DNA from: Myxococcales bacterium
GTDB lineage: Bacteria > Myxococcota_A > UBA9042
Direction: 5' to 3'
Length of the DNA stretch: 33,243 nt
Assembly (NCBI GenBank): GCA_037441385.1
Contig: JBBISH010000073.1
Coordinates: 1 to 33,243, forward strand
In this document: positions 25,212 through 33,243 of the stretch, piece by piece
How positions within the stretch are numbered: position 1 is the first letter of the stretch
Layout: every line of letters begins with the position of its first letter
Program-made: the position numbers and the translations under genes
Notes under the pieces: model-generated
The model's input: only the letters and a program-made list of their open reading frames with translations
Databases searched by the model: none
Told to the model about the DNA's origin: nothing

Positions 25212-28200
25212 CTATTTGCAGAGCCCGCCGATGCAGTGCCCGCCCGGGCAGGCGGTACCGTCGGCCAGCACTTTGACCAGGCAGGCGCCGGTGGCGGGGT
25301 TGCACAGGTCTTGGGTGCACGGGTTGCTGTCGTCGCAGAGCTTGGGCACGCCCGCGCAGATGCCGCCGGTGCACTCGTCGCCACTGGTGCAGGCCGCGCC
25401 GTCGTTGCATGCGGTGCCGTCGGGGTTGGCGCTGTGCAGGCATGCGCCATTTTGCGCGTCGCAGCTGTCCAGGGTGCACGGGTCGGTGTCGCTGCAATCG
25501 CGAATGGGGCCGGGGATGCACAGACCCAGCCCGCAGGTGTCGAAGATCGTGCAGAAGTTGCCGTCGTCGCACGCCACTCCGGTCAGGGGGACAAAGCTGC
25601 ACAGGCCGGTGGCGGCGGCACACGCGTCTTGGGTGCACGGGTTGCCGTCGCTACAGGTCTTGGCGGTGCCGGGCTGGCAGGCGCCTTGGGCGCACGTGTC
25701 GCCCTGGGTGCACAAGCTGCCGTCGCTGCACGGTCCGGTCACGGCCGCGTGCTGGCACCCCGCCTTGGGTGCGCAACTGTCCACAGTGCAAGGTGTTCCG
25801 TCATCGCAGTTCAGCGGCGCGCCGCCCACGCAGACCGTGCCGTTGCACACGTCGCCGGCGGTGCAGACATCGCCGTCGTCGCACGGGCCGCCGCTGCCCA
25901 GGGTGTGGAAGCAGCCGGCCGGGGCGGCGCAGCCGTCGCTGGTGCAGGCGTTGCCGTCGTCGCAGTTCACGGCCGCGCCCTTGCAGGTGCTGGCGGTGCA
26001 CAAGTCTGGGCCGGTGCAGGGGTTGCCGTCGTTGCAGGCCGTGCCGCTCAAGCCGGCGTGCTGGCAGCCGACTCCGGTTTGGCACGAGTCGGCCGTGCAC
26101 GGGTTGAAGTCGTCGCACGAGATGGTCGGTCCGGCAGTGCAGACCGCGCCCTGGCAGGTGTCGCTGGCCGTGCAGGGGTCGCCGTCGTCGCACGCGGTGG
26201 CGCTGCTGGGGCTGTGGGTGCACCCGGTCTTGCTGCTGCAGCCGTCCAGCGTGCACGAGTTGTTGTCGTCGCAGTCGGTGGGCGCGCCGCTCTGGCACTT
26301 GCTGGCGTTGCACCAGTCGCCGGTGGTGCAGGCGTTGCCGTCGTTGCACGGCAGGGCGCCGCCCAAGCTGAACTGGGTGGCATCCACGCGGAACAGCAGG
26401 CCAGCCGGGTTGGTCTGGGCGGTGCTGCCGACCTTGCCGGGGTTGACGACGGTGCAAGTCAGCACATTGTCGCCGGCTTTCAGTTTGCCTGTGATGGGCT
26501 GGACCAGGGGCGAGCCGTAGTTATTTTCGCTGGTGCTGACCCCGGCCAGCTTGCCGCCCACCAGGCACACAAAGCTGCCGTCCACCGCCAGGGTTAGGCT
26601 GGCCACGACCGTGCCTCCGCCGGCTGGCAGGGTCACGGTTCGCGCGAATTCCACTTGGGTGTCTTGCTCGGGGCTTTGCATGGCCGATGTGGACCAGAGC
26701 CATTTGGCGCCGGCGATGGCGTGGGTCCAGCCGGGCAACTGGTCCCACGTCAGGGCCGCGGGCAGCCAAGTGCCGTTCGAGTTCCAAGTCGTGGTGGCAT
26801 CGCTGACCGCCGCGATGACCTGGGCCTGGCCGGTCGATCCAGAGGTGTGGCTGCAACCTGCGGTCTTGCTGCACGTGTCGACCGTGCACGAGTTGCCGTC
26901 GTCGCACGCCACGCCGCTGCCGGACACGCACACCCCTGTGGCGTTGCACTGGTCGCCAGCGGTGCACGGGTCACTATCGCTGCAGGGGGCGCCCACCGCG
27001 AACTTGTGACTGCAGCCACTGCTCAGCGAGCAGCTGTCGAGCGTGCAGTAGTTGCCGTCGTTGCAGTTGATGACAGCCTGGCCTTGGCAGACGCCGTACA
27101 TGCAGGTGTCGTTGTTGGTGCATGGGTTGCCGTCGCTGCATTGCGTACCGTTGCCTAGCGGGTAGCCACCGCAGCCTTGCACCTTGTCGCAAGTGTCGAC
27201 GGTGCACGGGCTACCGTCGTCGCAGAGCGTCGAGCCTTGCGCGCTGCACTTGCCGCCCACGCACTCGTCGGGCCAGGTGCACGCATCGCCGTCGTTGCAG
27301 GGTCCGCTCGCGGCGCTGTGGCTGCAGCCCTGCTGGGGCATGCAAGCGTCGTCGGTACACAGGTTGCCGTCGTCGCAGTCGACCGGATCGCCAGAGAGGC
27401 ACTTGCCACCCAGGCAGGTGTCTGGCGCGGTGCAGGCGTCGCCGTCGTTGCAGGGCGCTGTGCTGCTGGGCTTGTGCACGCAGCCCTGCGAGGCGGTGCA
27501 GTAGTCCACGGTGCACGCGCCACCGTCGTCGCAGTTCTTGCTGGTCGTGCCGGGGGTGCAAACGTCGCTGGCGCACGTGTCGCCTACGGTGCAGGTGTTG
27601 CCGTCGTCGCAGGGTGCCTTGTTGTAGGCATAGCTGCAACTGCCCGTGGTCTTTGAGCAAAAGTCGTCGGTGCAGGGATCCTTGTCGCCGCAGTCTTTGA
27701 CGGTGCCGCCGCCGCACACGCCCCCGCTGCACTTCTCGCCGGTGGTGCAGGCATCGCCGTCGTCGCACCCGAAACTGGAGGGAGTGTAGTGGCAGCCGGT
27801 AAGCAAGTCGCAGGTGTCGATGGTACAAGGGTTGTCGTCGTGGCATTGCTTGCCGATGCCGTTGCAGAAACCCTGGGCAGAACAGCTGTCGGCCAGGGTG
27901 CAGGGATTCTTGTCGTCGCAGGCGATGCCGGCCAAGACCGCGTGCTGACAGCCCAGCTTGGCGTCGCACGTGTCGGTGGTGCACGGGTTCTGGTCGTCGC
28001 AGTTGAGAGCCGGGCCCACGACGCACTTGCCGCCCGTGCACGTGTCGCCGTCGGTGCAGACGCTGCCGTCGTCGCAGGGGGCACTCTTGGCCACAAAGGT
28101 GCAGTTGCCCGTGGTGGTGTCGCATGCATCGTTGGTGCACGGGTTGCCGTCGTCGCACACCTTGTCGGCAGTCGGCAGGCAAAGGCCGGATACGCAGCGG

Positions 28201-30803
28201 TCGCCCAGCGTACATGCCGCGCCGTCGCTGCAGGCCCCGCCTTCGTTCTTGGGCACGCAGCCGCCGGCGGACGGCAAGCACACCGCATTGGCGCACGGGT
28301 TGCCCGCGGGGCACACCTTGGCGCCGCCGCCGGTGCATTTGCCTTGTTGGCAGCTCTCGCCCACCGTGCACGGGTTGCCGTCGTTGCAGAAGATGCCCGA
28401 TGCCGGCAAGTTCACACAGGCTTTGGTCGTGAGGTCGCATTGCGAGTACATGCAGACAACGCCAGGGTCCGGGCAGTCGCTCGAGCCCGACTTGCACACG
28501 CCGGCTTTGCACTTGTCGGCGCCGGTGCAGGCAATGCCGTCTTGGCACGGGCTACCATCGGGCAAAATCTTGATCTTGCACGTGCCAGTCGCTGAGTCGC
28601 AGTAGGGCAGGTTGCAGGTGTCGCCGCCGGTGCAGACCTTTTCACTGCCCGACTGGCACTGGCCTTTGAGGCAGACGTCGCTCAATGTGCAGGGATTGCT
28701 GTCGTCGCAGCCGGTGCCCGTGAGGGCCTTGATGGTGCAGGTACCTTGGAAGCAGCTATCGGCGGTGCAAGCATTGCCGTCGTCGCAGGGCTTGGCCAGG
28801 GTGCCCGTGCATTTGCCGCCCACGCAAAGATCGTCCAGCGTGCAGGCGTCGCCGTCGTTGCAGCCGATCGACAAGGCTTGGTGGTGGCAGCCGCTGCCGG
28901 GATCGCACCAGTCGACGGTGCATTCATTGTTGTCGTCGCAGTCGGTGGCGGCGCCCGGCAGGCACAGGCCGGCCTGGCAATGGTCACCGTCGGTGCACAG
29001 CGAATTGTCGGCGTCGCAGGGACCGCCTTCGCTCAGGTTCTTGGGCGAGCAGACGCCTTGCAGCGGGTCGCAGGCCCAGCTGACGCAAACGGTGTTCTTG
29101 GTGGCGTCGCAGACCACTACGCTGAGCGGGTCCAGCTGGCAGGTGTGGTCAGACAGCCGGCAGAACAAGGTGCCGTTGCAGGCATCGCCGTCCTCGAGGG
29201 GCAGGCAATCCGCGTTCTTCTTGCACTGACAGGTCTCTTTGCCGGCTTGGCAACTGCCCGCCTGGCAGCTGTCGCCCACGGTGCAGCTGTCACTGTCGTC
29301 GCACGGGCTGGCCGACAGCGGCAAGAAGACGCAAAGGCCACTGGCCGGGTTGCAGCTGTCGCTGGTGCAGACGTTGCCATCGGCGCAGAGCGTGGCCACT
29401 CCGCTTTGGCACTGACCGGTCTTGCATTGGTCGCCGGCGGTGCAGGCGTCGCCGTCGCTGCAGCCCACGCCGTCCGCGGCGGCCACGTGGCTGCAAGTGC
29501 CGGTCTTGGGATCGCAGGCGTCGCCGGTGCAGAACTCGCCGTCGTCGCACTTGGTCGCGGGGCCGGGGCTGCAAGCGCCGCCGCTGCAGATGTCGCCCAC
29601 GGTGCAGGCATTGCCGTCGCTGCACACGTCGCTGTTGGGGGCAAACAGGCACTTGCCGGTGGCCGGGTCGCATTGGTCGGTCGTGCAACCCTCGCCGTCG
29701 ACGCACACGACGGCCGCGCCGGACTGGCACGCGCCATTTACGCAAGCGTCGCCGCTAGTGCACGCCTTGCCGTCGCTGCACGCCGGGCCGGTGGTGGGCG
29801 AAAATGCGCAGTTGCCCTGGCCTGGCAGACAGGAGTCGTTGGTGCAGGGGTCCTGGTCGTCGCACACCAAGGGCGTGCCCTTGCACAGCCCGTCGTGGTC
29901 GCAGAAGTCACCTTGCGTGCAAGCATTGCCGTCGTCGCAGGTGGCCTGGTCAGGGAGCAACACGAACAAGCACCCCTGCTTGGGGTCGCACTTGTCCACC
30001 GTGCAACTGTTGTCGTCGCTGCACGACTTGGCCAGGCCCAGACAGGCCACCAAGCTGCCCGCGCCCGTGCAGGCGTCCGCCTCGGTGCACGGATTGCCGT
30101 CGTCGCAGGCGGTGACGCTGGCGGGCAAGTGCGCGCAACCGCCCGCCGGATCACAGGTATCGATGGTGCAGACGTTGCCGTCGTCGCAGCCCGTGGCGCT
30201 GCCCGGCAAGCAGACGCCGGCTTGGCAGTGGTCGCCCACGGTGCAAACGTCGCCGTCGTCGCAGATCGTTGGGGTGCCGGGCAAGCAGGCGCCGCCGCCG
30301 CACGAGTCGCCAAAGGTGCAGCCATCGCCGTCGTCGCACGGTCCGTCTTTGGGCGCGTGGCCGCAGCCGGTGCTGGACTGGCAGTCGTCGAGGGTGCACG
30401 GATTCTTGTCGTCGCAGCCAACCAGGCTCGCACCAACGCATACGCCGCTGGTGCACAGGTCGCCCGCGGTGCAGGCGTTGCCGTCGTCGCAAGGGTCTTC
30501 GTCGGTCAGACCGTCGCAGTCGTCGTCTTGGCCGTTGCACAACTCGGGGGCGGCGGTGCAGCTGACCGTGTCGGGTAAGGGCACGTCGGGGGCGGCGATC
30601 TCGGCCGTGTCGTCGCCGTCGGTGGTCGCGATTTCGGGGTGGGCGTCCGTCTGGACCTCGGCCGCGTGCTTGCCGCTCACCACTGCCGTATCGTCGCTGC
30701 ACCCGGCCAAGAAAAGGCTGATGCCTGCCGCGAGACAAGCCAGACTGCGCGCTAGGCCTGGGCCCAGCCCCGCCCACAGCGCGGCCCAAGCCCTCGCGGA
30801 CAT
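25212..30803 (-). CDS. giant Cys-rich repeat lipoprotein (CDDGNxCTxDxC repeats) with an inserted non-repetitive domain
   Basis: lipobox FLAGC; ELCNGQDDDCDGLTDE motif; dozens of C(D/S/N)DG.CT repeats; 1863 aa from ATG 30803. Confidence 0.88.
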   Translation of the reverse strand: MSARAWAALWAGLGPGLARSLACLAAGISLFLAGCSDDTAVVSGKHAAEVQTDAHPEIATTDGDDTAEIAAPDVPLPDTVSCTAAPELCNGQDDDCDGLTDEDPCDDGNACTAGDLCTSGVCVGASLVGCDDKNPCTLDDCQSSTGCGHAPKDGPCDDGDGCTFGDSCGGGACLPGTPTICDDGDVCTVGDHCQAGVCLPGSATGCDDGNVCTIDTCDPAGGCAHLPASVTACDDGNPCTEADACTGAGSLVACLGLAKSCSDDNSCTVDKCDPKQGCLFVLLPDQATCDDGNACTQGDFCDHDGLCKGTPLVCDDQDPCTNDSCLPGQGNCAFSPTTGPACSDGKACTSGDACVNGACQSGAAVVCVDGEGCTTDQCDPATGKCLFAPNSDVCSDGNACTVGDICSGGACSPGPATKCDDGEFCTGDACDPKTGTCSHVAAADGVGCSDGDACTAGDQCKTGQCQSGVATLCADGNVCTSDSCNPASGLCVFLPLSASPCDDSDSCTVGDSCQAGSCQAGKETCQCKKNADCLPLEDGDACNGTLFCRLSDHTCQLDPLSVVVCDATKNTVCVSWACDPLQGVCSPKNLSEGGPCDADNSLCTDGDHCQAGLCLPGAATDCDDNNECTVDWCDPGSGCHHQALSIGCNDGDACTLDDLCVGGKCTGTLAKPCDDGNACTADSCFQGTCTIKALTGTGCDDSNPCTLSDVCLKGQCQSGSEKVCTGGDTCNLPYCDSATGTCKIKILPDGSPCQDGIACTGADKCKAGVCKSGSSDCPDPGVVCMYSQCDLTTKACVNLPASGIFCNDGNPCTVGESCQQGKCTGGGAKVCPAGNPCANAVCLPSAGGCVPKNEGGACSDGAACTLGDRCVSGLCLPTADKVCDDGNPCTNDACDTTTGNCTFVAKSAPCDDGSVCTDGDTCTGGKCVVGPALNCDDQNPCTTDTCDAKLGCQHAVLAGIACDDKNPCTLADSCSAQGFCNGIGKQCHDDNPCTIDTCDLLTGCHYTPSSFGCDDGDACTTGEKCSGGVCGGGTVKDCGDKDPCTDDFCSKTTGSCSYAYNKAPCDDGNTCTVGDTCASDVCTPGTTSKNCDDGGACTVDYCTASQGCVHKPSSTAPCNDGDACTAPDTCLGGKCLSGDPVDCDDGNLCTDDACMPQQGCSHSAASGPCNDGDACTWPDECVGGKCSAQGSTLCDDGSPCTVDTCDKVQGCGGYPLGNGTQCSDGNPCTNNDTCMYGVCQGQAVINCNDGNYCTLDSCSLSSGCSHKFAVGAPCSDSDPCTAGDQCNATGVCVSGSGVACDDGNSCTVDTCSKTAGCSHTSGSTGQAQVIAAVSDATTTWNSNGTWLPAALTWDQLPGWTHAIAGAKWLWSTSAMQSPEQDTQVEFARTVTLPAGGGTVVASLTLAVDGSFVCLVGGKLAGVSTSENNYGSPLVQPITGKLKAGDNVLTCTVVNPGKVGSTAQTNPAGLLFRVDATQFSLGGALPCNDGNACTTGDWCNASKCQSGAPTDCDDNNSCTLDGCSSKTGCTHSPSSATACDDGDPCTASDTCQGAVCTAGPTISCDDFNPCTADSCQTGVGCQHAGLSGTACNDGNPCTGPDLCTASTCKGAAVNCDDGNACTSDGCAAPAGCFHTLGSGGPCDDGDVCTAGDVCNGTVCVGGAPLNCDDGTPCTVDSCAPKAGCQHAAVTGPCSDGSLCTQGDTCAQGACQPGTAKTCSDGNPCTQDACAAATGLCSFVPLTGVACDDGNFCTIFDTCGLGLCIPGPIRDCSDTDPCTLDSCDAQNGACLHSANPDGTACNDGAACTSGDECTGGICAGVPKLCDDSNPCTQDLCNPATGACLVKVLADGTACPGGHCIGGLCK

Positions 30804-30883
30804 AACGGATCCCCTTGCGTCGGGTTGGACCACTGCGTACCTCGCATGGCGCCTCTCGTGATGAGTGGTGCATGGGTCAGGGC

Positions 30884-30913
30884 ACGGTAGCGGGCTCATG
30901 CCGTTGGTGTCAA
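30884..30913 (-). promoter_or_regulatory. putative sigma70 promoter of the giant lipoprotein
   Basis: TTGACA (30913-08), 18 bp spacer, TACCGT (30889-84). Confidence 0.45.
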
Positions 30914-30926
30914 GCTCACTGGTCGG

Positions 30927-32891
30927 TCAAGGACAGGCTGCCCCAGGTGCCACGACCCTTAGCACGTGCAACGACGCGGATGCCTGCCAACCCAGGTACA
31001 GGCCGCCGTCGGCAACCGGAGCCAAGGCCCAGGCCCCGCTGACCACCTCGGCCGGCACCGCCCAAGTGGGCAGCACCGCCCCCGCAGCGTCCACGTGGGC
31101 GAGTTTCAGGCCGGCGCCCACGCCACCGAGGACCGAGATCAGGGCCCCATCGCCTTGGGGCAGCACCGGGCCAAAGGGGCCAGGCAGCGCCTTCTTGGCC
31201 AGCACCTCGCCTGTGTCGCTCAGCAGGGCGACTCGGTAAAGAATGTCCTTATCGCCCTTGCCGTAGTTGATGGTGTACATGCCTACCAGCCAACCGCCGC
31301 CCACCGGCGCCAGACCCACGGGCTGGCTCAAGCCGGTGCTGGGCTCGACATCCTGGACGGCCACGACCTGCCCGTTTGCGTCCAGCCGTGCAAAAAGCAC
31401 ATCGGTCTGTCCGTCGAAGCTGGGGGCCGACGCCGCTTTGCCCGTCACCACGGCGAGGCTGCCCGGCTTGGCGCCAGCAAAAGCGACACCGCCCTGGGCG
31501 CCGACGCTGCCCAAGTCCGTAAGGCCCGCCACCTGACCGGCGCCGGTGCTGCGTAGGACAAAAGTGCTTGGCGCCACTGGACCTTTGGGCTCGTGGTGCC
31601 CCACCACTGCCACGCCTCCTGCCGGCAAGGCAAGCACCTGCCAAAGCTGGGCCGCAGGCACCGGGTGCTCCAGCTGCCACAGCAGGTTGCCCTCCAAGTC
31701 CATTGCAACCATATGAACTTGCGCACCCACCCCGCCAGTTATCCCCTGAACCGCGGCGATCGTGAAACCACTGGGGAGGCGGCCCAGCCGATGCCCAGAG
31801 CCCAGGCCCGCTGCGTTGTGATCCCACACCAGTTTGCCCTGCGGGCTCAAACGCCGCAGGCGAAGGGAATCCCCCGCGCTGTCGGCCAGCAAAACCCCGG
31901 CGTCGCCGAGCTCGGCCAGCAGCACCTTGTTCAGCGGATCGACTGGTCCCAGCGCCACGCGCCAGCCGTGCAAGCCGGCATCTACGCATTGGATCGAAGA
32001 GCAGATGCCGCCCAGACTGCAGGGTTCCGCGGTGGTGCAGGTGGCGACGACGGCCATGCTGACGCAGGCGCCGGTGGCGCTGCATTGGTCCGCGGTGCAA
32101 GGGTTGCCGTCATCGCAGTTCTTGGGTTGGCCGTGGCACTCGCCGGGGCCGGTGCAGATGTCGACCGCGGTGCAAGGATCCTTGTCGTCGCAAGGCGTTC
32201 CGGTCGGCATCGCGGCTGGATCGCACTGGGACACCAAGCGGCATTTGCCCTGGATGCACATCGGCACGCCTGACTCGGGGCAAGGCAGGTAGCAATCGTT
32301 GTTCCAGTCATTGCACCAGCGGTGTTGCTGCTTCATCAGGGCCGCCGTCACCGCGGCCGTTTGGGTGGCGTCCACAGCGAACGAGCAGGCAGGGCCGCAC
32401 AGCACCGGCCCGGTCGCCACAGCGCAGTCGGCGGTGGCGCTGCAGTCGCGGTAGGGGTCGACCGCCGCCGCATAAATGGGTGCCAGCATCGCCTGGATGG
32501 CCGGACACGCCTGGCAGCCGCTTGGCGTGGTGAACATGCCGTAGCCGCAGCCGGTGGAGCAGGCCTGTGCGCCCATGCAATAGTCGCTATGGCTGCACTG
32601 GAACTTGCCAGCCGAGCAGGAACAGTGGACCGACTCCTTGCAGCTCCCACAGCAGCATTCCTGTCCGTAGCTGCACGTGAACGAGCCCGCACACGCCAGT
32701 CCATTGCTCGCAGAGGTGGCCGGACACGCGGTGATCTCGGCGCGCGGCTTGCTGACTGCCTGCGGCTCGCAACCTCCGCCCAGCGTGACCGCCAAAACGG
32801 CCAGCACAACCCGCGCGGCGACACCGCTGTAGCTGGGACCCGTTCCGGCCAGATGAGGTTGAGACGCGAGCGTTTGTTGGTTGCGTAGCAT
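30927..32891 (-). CDS. Cys-rich lipoprotein with probable C-terminal beta-propeller-like region
   Basis: hydrophobic stretch ending LGGGC; CDD.DPCT repeats; repeated D.xG..xW motifs; start uncertain. Confidence 0.72.
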   Translation of the reverse strand: MLRNQQTLASQPHLAGTGPSYSGVAARVVLAVLAVTLGGGCEPQAVSKPRAEITACPATSASNGLACAGSFTCSYGQECCCGSCKESVHCSCSAGKFQCSHSDYCMGAQACSTGCGYGMFTTPSGCQACPAIQAMLAPIYAAAVDPYRDCSATADCAVATGPVLCGPACSFAVDATQTAAVTAALMKQQHRWCNDWNNDCYLPCPESGVPMCIQGKCRLVSQCDPAAMPTGTPCDDKDPCTAVDICTGPGECHGQPKNCDDGNPCTADQCSATGACVSMAVVATCTTAEPCSLGGICSSIQCVDAGLHGWRVALGPVDPLNKVLLAELGDAGVLLADSAGDSLRLRRLSPQGKLVWDHNAAGLGSGHRLGRLPSGFTIAAVQGITGGVGAQVHMVAMDLEGNLLWQLEHPVPAAQLWQVLALPAGGVAVVGHHEPKGPVAPSTFVLRSTGAGQVAGLTDLGSVGAQGGVAFAGAKPGSLAVVTGKAASAPSFDGQTDVLFARLDANGQVVAVQDVEPSTGLSQPVGLAPVGGGWLVGMYTINYGKGDKDILYRVALLSDTGEVLAKKALPGPFGPVLPQGDGALISVLGGVGAGLKLAHVDAAGAVLPTWAVPAEVVSGAWALAPVADGGLYLGWQASASLHVLRVVAPGAACP

Positions 32892-32953
32892 GACTTTTTC
32901 CTGGATCGTCGCCGGTGGCCGGCAGACGCGCTTTGGGCGGCCGGAGCAGTCGC

Positions 32954-33003
32954 TAGTACACCAAACCTCAAGTCCTTTCAGGGTTGCCGATGCCAGTGTA
33001 CTA
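32954..33003. mobile_element. TA-flanked mini inverted-repeat unit (MITE-like)
   Basis: CTAGTACAC...GTGTACTAG; left end TAGTACACCAAACC resembles TAGTACTRCAAACC. Confidence 0.4.
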
Positions 33004-33025
33004 GGCGGCGCTAGCCGCGCGCGGG

Positions 33026-33243
33026 GGTCGCAGGGGGCGGGGATCCCAAAGTGCGCGGCGCGCCCCCTTTGCCTACTCAAAAGGATAGTACTACAAACCA
33101 TTCGAGAGGCCTAGCCATAAACGTACTTCGGGTTTGTAGTACTAGTACTGCAAACCCGAAATTCGCGACGGGTTGGGATTGGCGAATGGTTTGCAGTACT
33201 AGCCTTTTCAGCAAGTTAAGGGGGCGCGCCGCCCCCTGCGACC
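33026..33243. repeat. long nested palindrome containing two tandem TA-flanked 59-bp units
   Basis: arms 33026-40/33229-43, 33055-69/33218-32, 33086-104/33183-201 and 33127-43/33144-60. Confidence 0.85.

Noticed and set aside
33179..33195. Sigma54-like TGGCGA-N5-TTGCA
   Set aside because: It lies within a palindrome arm that already explains the sequence, and any target gene would be outside the window.
33086..33201. CRISPR-like look (14-bp repeats with 31-nt spacers)
   Set aside because: The repeats alternate in orientation, the spacers are related to each other, and there are no cas genes.

Overview
GC-rich bacterial DNA. The giant Cys-rich lipoproteins suggest a Myxococcota-like host (inference). 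About 29 CDS are supported. Housekeeping or metabolic genes (a dehydrogenase-first HAD/ECH fusion, DMT, DUF523, acnB, TfoX-like, Lgt-like, M28 peptidase, alpha/beta hydrolase, DJ-1/PfpI) alternate with two accessory blocks. Block 1 (3.6-8.0 kb) holds an AAA ATPase, two vapBC pairs, a Uma2 nuclease and an AbiEii-type pair. Block 2 (13.8-17.8 kb, directly after acnB) is the most striking. A 243-bp structured non-coding element occurs twice as a gap-free direct repeat (213/243 identical by manual alignment), and a 31-bp copy of its 3' end occurs a third time. These copies divide the block into cassette-like units: [membrane protein + PD-(D/E)xK-like protein + ABC/AAA ATPase] and [vapBC]. The element's 23-bp 5' motif also occurs at 70 (+) and 8137 (-), bracketing block 1. 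The window ends in a ~220-bp nested palindrome containing two TA-flanked 59-bp mini inverted-repeat units. I found no recombinase, transposase, tRNA, rRNA or CRISPR array. All calls come from reading the sequence; no searches were run.
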